From the NCBI GenBank assembly GCA_900772475.1, contig CAAHEI010000074.1, positions 83,008-147,007 on the forward strand: a DNA stretch of 64,000 nt, read 5' to 3'. Positions 1 to 8,503 of the stretch are shown piece after piece; within the stretch, counting starts at the first letter, position 1, and each line of letters opens with the position of its first letter. A program made the position numbers and the translations under genes. The notes beneath the pieces are model-generated. The model saw only the letters and a list, made by a program, of their open reading frames with translations, was not told the origin of the DNA and searched no databases. The DNA is from Clostridia bacterium (GTDB lineage: Bacteria > Bacillota > Clostridia > TANB77 > CAG-465).

Positions 1-2
1 TA

Positions 3-167
3 TCAAGTGAATATGTTGCAAAATATGCTGTGGATATGATGTTTAAGAAAAAACTTGTTATTGTACCAGGATTTACAATAAAACTTGCTAGATTTTTTAG
101 TAAATTTACACCAGATAATATTTTAGCTGAAATAACATATTATATCCAAACAAAGAAAGATAAATAG
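3..167 (+). CDS. 3' end of a CDS truncated by the window edge. The C-terminal tail resembles short-chain dehydrogenase/reductase family proteins.
   Basis: The frame is open from the window edge (SSEYVAKYAVDMMFKKKLVIVPGFTIKLARFF...QTKKDK) and ends at TAG 165-167. It is under 60 aa, so absent from the ORF track. The family guess is from memory only. Confidence 0.35.
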   Translation, partial: SSEYVAKYAVDMMFKKKLVIVPGFTIKLARFFSKFTPDNILAEITYYIQTKKDK

Positions 168-187
168 AAGTAATAAAGGAGAGAAAA

Positions 188-973
188 ATGAATTTTTTAA
201 TTATTGGAGATGTCGTGGGAAAAAGTGGAGTGGAAAAATTACAAAAAGAGCTTCCAAATTTAATTAAAAAAAATAACATAGATTTTTGCATTGTAAACGG
301 CGAAAACTCTGCTAATGGAAAAGGACTTAGAAAACAAGAGTATGATAAAATAAAAGCTTGTGGTGCAGATGTTATTACAATGGGAAATCATGTTTATTAT
401 AGAAAAGAGATGGCAAGTGAATATATAAATTTTAAAGACTTATTAATTCCTGCTAATATAACTAATTTAAATGGTAATAATAATGTTGTAAAAGAAAAAA
501 ATGGTAAAAAAATTGGGGTAATTAATTTGATTGGTAAAGCTGAAATGGGTGATATATTAGAAAAAAATACTAGTGATCCTTTTAAATGTATCTTATCTCA
601 AATAGAAGAAGTAAAAAAGGCTGGAGCAGATTATATTTTCATTGATTTTCATGCCGAAGCAACTGCAGAAAAAATAGCTATGGGATATTTCCTTGATGGT
701 AGAGTTACCTGTGTTTTTGGTACACATACACATGTTGCAACATCAGATGAAACAATTTTATCAAATGGCACTGCGTATATAACTGATATTGGTATGACAG
801 GCCCTAAAGATAGTGTTATCGGTCTTAAAAAAGAAGTCGCCTTAAAAAGATTTGTTGAAGGAGCTTATGCAAAATATGAGTGTAGTCAAAATGAAGCATT
901 TTTAAACGGACTTATTGTAAAAACAGATGACTTAACACATATGCCTGTAAGTATAGATAGAATTAATATGTAA
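188..973 (+). CDS. ymdB: YmdB-like metallophosphoesterase (2',3'-cyclic-nucleotide 2'-phosphodiesterase family, TIGR00282)
   Basis: N-terminus MNFLIIGDVVGKSG, GNH and DFHAEATAEK / GTHTHV metallophosphoesterase motifs. SD AAAGGAG lies upstream of the ATG. Confidence 0.85.
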   Translation: MNFLIIGDVVGKSGVEKLQKELPNLIKKNNIDFCIVNGENSANGKGLRKQEYDKIKACGADVITMGNHVYYRKEMASEYINFKDLLIPANITNLNGNNNVVKEKNGKKIGVINLIGKAEMGDILEKNTSDPFKCILSQIEEVKKAGADYIFIDFHAEATAEKIAMGYFLDGRVTCVFGTHTHVATSDETILSNGTAYITDIGMTGPKDSVIGLKKEVALKRFVEGAYAKYECSQNEAFLNGLIVKTDDLTHMPVSIDRINM

Positions 974-1026
974 CTTATATTTAAACATTTCATATAATAA
1001 TATATAGCCAGAAATAGGTGATATAA

Positions 1027-1560
1027 ATGAAATGTTTTTTTCTTTTCCTAAAGAACTTATATTTAGATGCAAAAAATATTAAAGATAAAGATCCAGCTGC
1101 AAGATCATTAATTTCTATTATTTTACTATATCCTGGATTTCGTGCTATAGTTGATCATAGGATAGCACATTTTTTATACCAGCATAAACTTTTTTTCCTT
1201 GCAAGATTTGTTTCTCAAAGATCAAGATTTAAAACTGGTATTGAAATTCATCCGGGAGCTAAAATAGGAAGTAGGTTATTTATGGATCATGGAATGGGAA
1301 TTGTAATAGGTGAGACGACAGTTATAGGGGATAATTGTACAATTTATCATGGAGTAACATTAGGGGGGACGGGAAAGGATAAAGCTAAAAGACATCCAAC
1401 ATTAAAAGATAATGTTATGGTTGGATGTGGAAGCAAAGTACTGGGCAATATAACAATTGGTTACAACGTAAAAATTGGTGCTAATTCAGTTATATTACAT
1501 AATGTCGAAGATAATTGTACAGTTGTTGGAATACCTGCTAAAATAGTAAAAAAGGAGTAG
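1027..1560 (+). CDS. cysE: Serine O-acetyltransferase (hexapeptide-repeat acyltransferase)
   Basis: DPAARS...YPGF.A...HRIAH and [44 protein letters not shown] are typical CysE motifs. Confidence 0.85.
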   Translation: MKCFFLFLKNLYLDAKNIKDKDPAARSLISIILLYPGFRAIVDHRIAHFLYQHKLFFLARFVSQRSRFKTGIEIHPGAKIGSRLFMDHGMGIVIGETTVIGDNCTIYHGVTLGGTGKDKAKRHPTLKDNVMVGCGSKVLGNITIGYNVKIGANSVILHNVEDNCTVVGIPAKIVKKE

Positions 1561-1574
1561 TTACACTCCTTTTT
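1551..1574. terminator. Bidirectional intrinsic terminator between convergent cysE and abrB
   Basis: Hairpin AAAGGAGT-agttac-ACTCCTTT, with an A-run on the left and a T-run on the right. Confidence 0.6.
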
Positions 1575-1587
1575 ATTATTTTTAATA

Positions 1588-1827
1588 TTATTTAGAAACT
1601 TGTCTTAAACAGTTTTTGCAAATATTTTTTCCTTTAAATGTTATAATATCATTGGCTTCACCGCAAAATACACAAGCAGGAAGATATTTTTTTAGTATAA
1701 CAGAATCACCACTTGTATATATTTCAAGTGAATCTTTTACTTCAATTCCAAGACTTTTTCTAAGTTCAGATGGAAGAACTATTCTTCCAAGTTCATCAAC
1801 TTTTCTAACAATTCCTGTGGACTTCAT
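1588..1827 (-). CDS. abrB: AbrB-family transition-state regulator (SpoVT/AbrB swapped-hairpin N-domain) with a CxxC...CxxC C-terminal tail
   Basis: MKSTGIVRKVDELGRIVLPSELRKSLGI is nearly the canonical AbrB N-terminus. SD TAGGAGG is present. Confidence 0.9.
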   Translation of the reverse strand: MKSTGIVRKVDELGRIVLPSELRKSLGIEVKDSLEIYTSGDSVILKKYLPACVFCGEANDIITFKGKNICKNCLRQVSK

Positions 1828-1854
1828 TTTAACCTCCTATTCAATTTATATTTT

Positions 1855-2343
1855 TTAATGATGATAAGTTTCATTATTTGAAATTTTAAATGCCCTAAAA
1901 ATTTGTTCTAGTAAAAATAACCTAATTAATTGATGTGGGAATGTAAGCTTTGAAAAACACACCTTATAATTGGACATTTGTATAAGCTTGCTTGACATTC
2001 CTAAGCTTCCACCAATTAAAAATACTATTGTTGAGTATCCATTTAAAGCTATATTTTGAATTTTATCTGAAAAATCAGGCGATGTTAGTTCATTTCCAGA
2101 TAAATCTAAAGCTATAATGTATGGTTTATTTAATTTCTCTAATTTATTTATTATTTTGTTACTTTCTTTTTCTTTAATATTTTCCATATCCATACTAGAT
2201 AGGAAAGATGGAATTTTTTCATCCTCAACATCAATAATTTCAAGTTTTGCATATTTTGAAATTCTTTTTTGATATTCATTTATAAGACTCAAAAGATTTT
2301 TATCTTTAATTTTACCAACACACATTATTTTAATATTTATCAT
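1855..2343 (-). CDS. rlmH: 23S rRNA (pseudouridine1915-N3)-methyltransferase RlmH (SPOUT family)
   Basis: [15 protein letters not shown] start, 162-aa length, and C-terminal [24 protein letters not shown] motif. Overlaps the upstream gene's stop by 4 nt. Confidence 0.9.
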   Translation of the reverse strand: [162 protein letters not shown]

Positions 2344-3131
2344 ATATTATATACCTCACAAGAAAGAGTTTTCGAAGCAATATTTAAATTAACGTTTGAA
2401 AGAGGAATATCTTTTTTAATAAGCTCATCTTCTAATGTATTAATCAAAATATCTGGATTATTATTATTTTGGCTAAGATGAGCAAATAAAAAGTTATCTT
2501 TACCCATGTTAGCAAGTCTTGCAACTGTCATAGCTGCATCATCGTTAGATAAATGGCCAGTTAAACTTTTTATTCTATGTTTTAGTGGATAAGGATATTT
2601 ACCAAAATCAAGCATGGTTTTATCATAATTTGCTTCAAGTACAATATAATTTGCATTCTTTAAATATTCAAATACTTCATCTGAAACATATCCAAGATCT
2701 GTAGCGTAAGTTAAACTCTCATTGCCAGTTATAATGTTATAGCCACATGGACATACAGCATCGTGTGATGTTTCAAAAGGTGTAATTTCCATATCTTTTA
2801 TTTTAAAAGGTTGTCCGTAATTTACACAATATATATCTGCTGGTATATTTTTATCATTTAGCATGTCTTTTAAATATTGGGCAGTTTTTCCGCAAGCATA
2901 TATAGGAATATTATTTTTCCTACAAAGAAGGGATAAACCTTTAATATGATCAACATGTTCATGAGTTATTAAAACAGCAGATGTATCCATTAAACTTTTA
3001 TCAATTTGTTTTAAGCCCTCGTTAATTGCCTTGTATGAGACACCCACGTCTAATAGTATATTTGTTTTTTCAGTTCCAATATGGAACATATTTCCAGAGC
3101 TAGAACTATAAAGAGGATGAATATTAAGCAT
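2340..3131 (-). CDS. MBL-fold metallo-hydrolase, YycJ/WalJ-like
   Basis: HxHxDH motif (ITHEHVDHIKG) and overall beta-lactamase-fold pattern. The start was moved to ATG 3131 (SD AAGGTGAG), which overlaps the murA stop. Confidence 0.8.
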   Translation of the reverse strand: MLNIHPLYSSSSGNMFHIGTEKTNILLDVGVSYKAINEGLKQIDKSLMDTSAVLITHEHVDHIKGLSLLCRKNNIPIYACGKTAQYLKDMLNDKNIPADIYCVNYGQPFKIKDMEITPFETSHDAVCPCGYNIITGNESLTYATDLGYVSDEVFEYLKNANYIVLEANYDKTMLDFGKYPYPLKHRIKSLTGHLSNDDAAMTVARLANMGKDNFLFAHLSQNNNNPDILINTLEDELIKKDIPLSNVNLNIASKTLSCEVYNI

Positions 3132-4413
3132 TATTCTCACCTTGCATAGAATTATCATCTATAAGTTTAATATCTGCACCAAGATTATTAAATTTCATTG
3201 CAATATTTTCATATCCTCTCAAAATATGTTCAATATTATATACTTCTGTTGTACCTTCTGCAATTAAGCCGGCAATTATCATAGCAGCACCAGCTCTTAA
3301 GTCATGAGCCTGAACAGGTGCACTATATAATTTTTCAACTCCTTTTACAATGGCTGTAGAACCGTGTGCAGAAATATCTGCTCCCATTTTAGCAAGTTCA
3401 TCTGTATATTGGAATCTTGAACTCCAAATACTTTCAACAATAATGCCGGTTCCATCACAAATTGTAAGTAAAATACATATTTGAGGTTGCATATCAGTTG
3501 GAAAACCAGGATAGGGCATTGTTTTTACACTAAATGCTTTTGGAGTTTTATCCATTTTTACTCTTACAGATGTAGAATGTTCTTCAACAGTTGCACCAGC
3601 TTCAATTAATTTTGAAGTAATTGGTTCTAAATGTTTTGGAATACAGTTTTTTATTAAAACATCACCTTTTGTAACTGCAGCAGCGACCATGAATGTACCA
3701 GCTTCAATTTGATCAGGAATAATAGAATAGCTAGATTTTTGTTGTAGACTATCAACTCCTGTAACTTTTATTGTATCAGTTCCTGCACCTTTTATATTTG
3801 CTCCCATAGAATTTAAGAAGTTGGCTAGATCAACAACATGTGGTTCTTTAGCACAATTTTCAATTGTTGTATTTCCTTCTGCAAGTGTTGCCGCAAGTAT
3901 TGCATTCATTGTAGCTCCAACACTTACAACATCTAAAAATATGTTATTTCCTTTAAGTCTTTCTTTTCTATTTGCATAAACATTACCACTTTTTACTTCA
4001 ACAGTTGCACCAAGGCTTTCAAATGCTTTGATATGTTGATCTATAGGTCTTGCTCCTAAATTACATCCACCAGGTAAGCTGATTTGTACATTATCAAATC
4101 TTCCAAGTAATGCACCAAGTAAATAATATGAAGCTCTAAATTTACTTGTAAGTTCATATGAAGCAATGGCAGAATTTACATTTGAATTATCTATTATTAC
4201 TTCATTATCTGAAATATGATCAATATTAGAGCCCAAAGACTCTAATATCTCATAATACGCTCTTATATCACTTATATTCGGAACGTTTTCAAGGTGACAT
4301 TTTCCCTTTACAAGTAAGGTAGCTGGAATAATGGCTACAGCAGCATTTTTTGCACCAGAAATTGTCACTTCGCCTTTTAATTTACAAGGACCTTTTACAA
4401 CAAATTTTCTCAT
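3124..4413 (-). CDS. murA: UDP-N-acetylglucosamine 1-carboxyvinyltransferase
   Basis: Full-length similarity pattern: ISGAKNA, the LPGGC.LGARPID active-site Cys loop, and 429-aa length. Confidence 0.95.
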   Translation of the reverse strand: MRKFVVKGPCKLKGEVTISGAKNAAVAIIPATLLVKGKCHLENVPNISDIRAYYEILESLGSNIDHISDNEVIIDNSNVNSAIASYELTSKFRASYYLLGALLGRFDNVQISLPGGCNLGARPIDQHIKAFESLGATVEVKSGNVYANRKERLKGNNIFLDVVSVGATMNAILAATLAEGNTTIENCAKEPHVVDLANFLNSMGANIKGAGTDTIKVTGVDSLQQKSSYSIIPDQIEAGTFMVAAAVTKGDVLIKNCIPKHLEPITSKLIEAGATVEEHSTSVRVKMDKTPKAFSVKTMPYPGFPTDMQPQICILLTICDGTGIIVESIWSSRFQYTDELAKMGADISAHGSTAIVKGVEKLYSAPVQAHDLRAGAAMIIAGLIAEGTTEVYNIEHILRGYENIAMKFNNLGADIKLIDDNSMQGENNA

Positions 4414-4515
4414 ATATACTCTTCCCCCTGAATAACCTTATAATATAATATCGTTAACTATCAAAAAGTATAACATAGTTTTTGCAAAAAAACAATATTT
4501 CGACAAAAATATCTA

Positions 4516-4734
4516 TCATCTTTTAAAAAGGCTTTTTATATTGCAACATAAATTGTTACAGCAACCAGTAATATTAGTTAATTCATTTTCAACACACATA
4601 AGCTTTGAAAAGAAAATTAAATCTTTTCCCGTTACATAGTGTGAGTTGTTTATATGTAATTTACTAGGATAACAGCATAAAAATTTATTCAGCATTTGTT
4701 TTGGAATATAATTGTTATAATATATATTTTTCAT
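4516..4734 (-). CDS. Small Cys-rich hypothetical protein (72 aa, 7 Cys including three CC doublets)
   Basis: Strong SD AAAGGAGGTGAA lies directly upstream of the ATG. I recognise no family. Confidence 0.5.
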   Translation of the reverse strand: MKNIYYNNYIPKQMLNKFLCCYPSKLHINNSHYVTGKDLIFFSKLMCVENELTNITGCCNNLCCNIKSLFKR

Positions 4735-4948
4735 ATTTCACCTCCTTTATATATTGTATGTTATATATATTGTTTAGTTTATTTGTACTACCATTATGAT
4801 ATAATTTAAATACCTATATATCATGTATATAAATTTGAGTATTGGAATATTTTTTACAAATATTACTCAAAGTCTTGTTTTTTATAAAAATATATGCTAA
4901 AATATATTAGTAAATTTAATTACTTGATATATAGGAAGGTGAATAGAT

Positions 4949-5152
4949 ATGAAAAAAGATATACAACCAAATTATGAAAAAACACAAATTAAATGTGTTT
5001 GTGGTAACGTTATAGAAGTAGGATCTACAAAAAAAGATATGAAAGTAGATACTTGCAGTAAATGTCATCCATTTTTCACTGGTCAAAAGCAAGCTATGTC
5101 TAGTCAAGGAAGAGCTGCTAAATTCATGGAAAAATATGGGAAAAAAGCTTAA
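4949..5152 (+). CDS. rpmE: 50S ribosomal protein L31 (Zn-ribbon type A)
   Basis: MKKDIQPNYE...CVCGN...CSKCHPFFTG is canonical L31. Confidence 0.95.
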   Translation: MKKDIQPNYEKTQIKCVCGNVIEVGSTKKDMKVDTCSKCHPFFTGQKQAMSSQGRAAKFMEKYGKKA

Positions 5153-5166
5153 TTTAAAGATTAGAT

Positions 5167-5196
5167 AGGGTGCTTTTGGGTACCCTTTTATTTTTT
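5167..5196 (+). terminator. Intrinsic terminator after rpmE
   Basis: 7-bp stem AGGGTGC/GGTACCCT (one G-U pair) followed by a T-run. Confidence 0.55.
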
Positions 5197-5207
5197 GGAG
5201 AAATTAT

Positions 5208-6944
5208 ATGAAGAAAAGAAAAGAGAAAGTTGGAGGAATGGCCTTATTTAATGGCTTAATGTTAAGAAATAAAAAAAGAGAAGCTGTAGGTAGAGTAGAT
5301 AATAACAATAACGTTTATGTGGAAATTAATGAACGTCAAAATAACATTGACGAAGATAGATTTACAATATATGATGTACCTATAATACGTGGAATAATAA
5401 GTATGAAAAATATGATTGCATCATCAGTACCGTATGTACTTAAATCTTCTCAGGAAATATTAGAAAAAAATTCAAAGGAAAAAGTTGAAATTGATAAGTT
5501 TGAAGTAGTAAGTGCGTATATAATATCAATTACTCTTATTCTTGTTTTAGTTGCTGCAATACCGAATTTTATATCAAAAATCCTTTCAGTAAATATACGT
5601 AATATATCGCAGGCAATTATGCAAACGTGTGCTTTTGTTATATATCTATTACTACTTGCAAAAATTGACTCTCTAAAAACTTTATTTGAGTATCACGGAG
5701 CTGAGCATAAAGTAGCTAATGCATATGAAAAATTAGAAAAAAAGAATATAACTGTAGAAAATGTAAAAAAATATTCAAGGTTTCATACAAGATGTGGTGG
5801 AAACTTTGTAGTTTATCTATTTATTTTAATAATTGCAATAACTATGATTATTCCATCAAACAATCTAATATTTAAAACTATTATACAAGTAGCTCTATTA
5901 CCGTTTTTGGCAGGCTTTTCTTATGAATTAATAATGTATACAGAATATTTACCAAACTTCTTAAAATTTCTTGCTTATCCTGCAATGTCTATCCAATTCA
6001 TAACTACAAGAGAACCAAGTGATGACAAAATTGAACTTGCAATATATACGTTATTTGGGTGTATTAATGGAAATAAAGAAATAACAATTAATACATTTAT
6101 AAAAAACTATTTATCATATAATAAAAAAACAAAAAAAGTTTTTGAAATTAAAGATGCAATATTAATATTTTCCTCAATAAAAGATATAAATTCTAACGAA
6201 ATATTTACTAATATGGATAGTATAACATTAAATTATAACGAACAAATAAAGGCAAATATAATGTTAAATAAATTGTATAAAGATAATTTACCCATTGCAT
6301 ATGTTATAGGTTATACAAATTTTTATAAAGAAAAATACTTTGTAAATTGTAATGTTTTAATTCCAAGAGTTGATAGTGAAATATTAGTAGAAAAAGCAAT
6401 ATCGTATATAGATAATGAAAATTGTAATACAATGCTTGATGTGTGTACAGGAAGTGGTTGCCTTGGAATATCAATTGCAAAAAATTCTAATATAAAACAC
6501 GTCGATTTGATAGATATTTCTGCAGAAGCCCTTTTAGTTACATCTAAAAATATAAAAGAAAATGGGGTAGAGGATAAGTGCAATATAATAAAATCTGATC
6601 TATTTTCTAAATTAAAGGATTCAAATATAAAATATGATATGATAGTATCGAATCCACCATATATTAATTCTGATGTAGTTTTAACACTTGATGAAAGTGT
6701 AAAAAAGGAACCAGTACTGGCTTTAGATGGTGGAAAAGATGGAATGAATTTTTACAGAAAAATATTAAAAGATGCAAGAGAGTATTTAAACGATAAAGGA
6801 ATAATCATATTTGAAATAGGATACGATCAGCTAAATAAAATACAATTAGAGATAAAAAAATATAAAGAATATAGTATTATTGAGAGTATTAAAGATTATG
6901 GTGGAAATGATAGGGTGGTTATATGTCGTTTTCAGAAGAAATAA
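5208..6944 (+). CDS. prmC: Fusion protein: N-terminal DUF1385 (YqhQ-like membrane domain) plus C-terminal peptide-chain-release-factor glutamine N5-methyltransferase PrmC/HemK
   Basis: The N-half has GGMALFNGLMLRN, YHGAEHKVANAYE, RFHTRCGGNF and TM segments (DUF1385 hallmarks). The C-half has DVCTGSGCLGISIA (SAM motif I) and IVSNPPYI (the NPPY catalytic motif). The 578-codon frame is uninterrupted. Confidence 0.8.
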   Translation: MKKRKEKVGGMALFNGLMLRNKKREAVGRVDNNNNVYVEINERQNNIDEDRFTIYDVPIIRGIISMKNMIASSVPYVLKSSQEILEKNSKEKVEIDKFEVVSAYIISITLILVLVAAIPNFISKILSVNIRNISQAIMQTCAFVIYLLLLAKIDSLKTLFEYHGAEHKVANAYEKLEKKNITVENVKKYSRFHTRCGGNFVVYLFILIIAITMIIPSNNLIFKTIIQVALLPFLAGFSYELIMYTEYLPNFLKFLAYPAMSIQFITTREPSDDKIELAIYTLFGCINGNKEITINTFIKNYLSYNKKTKKVFEIKDAILIFSSIKDINSNEIFTNMDSITLNYNEQIKANIMLNKLYKDNLPIAYVIGYTNFYKEKYFVNCNVLIPRVDSEILVEKAISYIDNENCNTMLDVCTGSGCLGISIAKNSNIKHVDLIDISAEALLVTSKNIKENGVEDKCNIIKSDLFSKLKDSNIKYDMIVSNPPYINSDVVLTLDESVKKEPVLALDGGKDGMNFYRKILKDAREYLNDKGIIIFEIGYDQLNKIQLEIKKYKEYSIIESIKDYGGNDRVVICRFQKK

Positions 6945-7663
6945 AAAATGAAATTTTAAATAGCATAGAAAAAAACACTAAAAAATTGGATAAAATAAAA
7001 TATGAAAGTTTTGGAGAAATGCTTACTCAGACAAATAGAAAAAATGACTTAAAAGATGAGTATAGTCAATTTTTTGATATTTCCAAATTAAACGAAGATG
7101 AAATAAAATATGTACTAAAAGGAGTTTTTTTAAGTTCAGGATGTGTTGTAAATCCCTCTTTAGACTATCATCTTGAAATATCATTTAAAAATAAAGCATG
7201 TACAGAATATATATATGATATATTATCAGTACTTGAATTTACTCCTAAAATATTAAAAAGAAAAAATTCTAATAATTATGTAATTTATATAAAAGAATCA
7301 GATCAGATTGCAACATTTTTAGGACTTCTTGAAGCAAACAACTCAGTTCTAAAATTTGAACAAATACGTGTTGAAAAGCAAGTAAAAAATAATATAAACA
7401 GAACAATAAATTGTGAAACAGCTAACTTATCAAAAACGATTGCAAGCAGTGTAAAACAATTAGAAGCAATCAAGAATTTAAAGAAATGTGGAGAATATGA
7501 TAGACTAGAAGAAAAATTAAAATATGTAGCTCAATTAAGAGAAAAGTATCCAGATAAAAGCTTAGCTTTTATTGCAAGTAAAACAAATGTAGAAAATAAA
7601 CTTACAAAATCTGGATTGAAACATAGATTAGATAAAATCGTTGAAATTGCAAATAACATATAG
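6923..7663 (+). CDS. whiA: WhiA-like DNA-binding protein, short form (246 aa)
   Basis: MSFSEEIKNEIL start, GVFLSSGCVVNPSLDYHLEI, NRTINCETANLSKTI, and a C-terminal HTH (LTKSGLKHRLDKI). Overlaps the prmC end by 22 nt. Confidence 0.7.
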   Translation: MSFSEEIKNEILNSIEKNTKKLDKIKYESFGEMLTQTNRKNDLKDEYSQFFDISKLNEDEIKYVLKGVFLSSGCVVNPSLDYHLEISFKNKACTEYIYDILSVLEFTPKILKRKNSNNYVIYIKESDQIATFLGLLEANNSVLKFEQIRVEKQVKNNINRTINCETANLSKTIASSVKQLEAIKNLKKCGEYDRLEEKLKYVAQLREKYPDKSLAFIASKTNVENKLTKSGLKHRLDKIVEIANNI

Positions 7664-7696
7664 AAATTGCCCTGTATAATAACGGGGCAATTTCTA
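7662..7696. terminator. Bidirectional intrinsic terminator between convergent genes
   Basis: Hairpin GAAATTGCCC-loop-GGGCAATTTC, located between the whiA stop and the stop of 7699..8451. Confidence 0.65.
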
Positions 7697-7698
7697 TA

Positions 7699-8451
7699 TT
7701 ATTTAGAACTTTTTATATTTTTTAATTTTGCATTAAGAATAGATTCTTGTGATTTTAAATCTGTAATCATTGAATTATACTCAAAAACAAGATTAGCATT
7801 TGTAAACATAACATTGTTTCCACTTATTTTCCAGTTTTGCTTGTTTTTATTTAAAAAATCAAAAATATTGTTTATTTTGTCTAACCATTTATCATATTCA
7901 GCTACAACTTCTTTTAAAGTTGTAACATCCTCTTTAACTTTTAAATTATTATTTAATTTTGAAATAAATAGATTAGAATAGTATTCAGATAAATTAAGTT
8001 CATCAGCTTTTGAATTTATATATTCATCTGAAATCAATTCATCATATTTTACAAACATTGAATTTTCAGACTCTTTTATATTTTTAATATTTTCCTTTGA
8101 TTTAATAAATTCAGGACCATCACTTGAAATATTTGAAGCTGTTAGCGAATTTCCAAGTAAATTTTTAGAGTATATTGATAATAAATCACTAGAAGTATTT
8201 ATATATTCTACATAATACTCTTTTAATGCTTTTTCAACTTTAGCAAAATTTCCAGTAGTTTTTATTTCTTTATCAAAGTTTGTTGATGTATGCATTGATG
8301 TTGTAACATCATCTAATATTTTTTCTTGATTTATTTTGTTTTGTTTATCAAAAAAATATACTCCAACAGCTGAGGCAACTAATACAGCCAAAACGCAAAT
8401 AACAATTATTAAAATTAAAATTCCCTTTGAAATTTTCCCATACTTTTTCAT
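7699..8451 (-). CDS. Membrane-anchored hypothetical protein (single N-terminal TM, K/E/N-rich extracytoplasmic part)
   Basis: The start was moved to ATG 8451 with SD AAAGGAGGAAG. TM segment ILILIIVICVLAVLVASAVGVYFF. Confidence 0.6.
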   Translation of the reverse strand: MKKYGKISKGILILIIVICVLAVLVASAVGVYFFDKQNKINQEKILDDVTTSMHTSTNFDKEIKTTGNFAKVEKALKEYYVEYINTSSDLLSIYSKNLLGNSLTASNISSDGPEFIKSKENIKNIKESENSMFVKYDELISDEYINSKADELNLSEYYSNLFISKLNNNLKVKEDVTTLKEVVAEYDKWLDKINNIFDFLNKNKQNWKISGNNVMFTNANLVFEYNSMITDLKSQESILNAKLKNIKSSK

Positions 8452-8503
8452 ATATTTACTTCCTCCTTTGCTAGACAATTATATCATATATATAATTGTT
8501 AGT

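Noticed and set aside
1588-1680. The Cys4 (CVFCG...CKNC) tail on AbrB as a novel fusion.
   Set aside because: As I recall, clostridial AbrB homologues commonly carry this CxxC...CxxC C-terminus in place of the B. subtilis C-domain. It is a clade feature, not a novelty.
4916-5107. Short track ORFs antisense to or overlapping real genes (4916..5107, 106..291, 2269..2481, 7667..7981, 11708..11926, 24404..24781, 51192..51383, 59394..59719 and others).
   Set aside because: They overlap stronger genes or run through promoter and terminator DNA. They lack an SD and translate to low-complexity I/F/L/Y-rich peptides.
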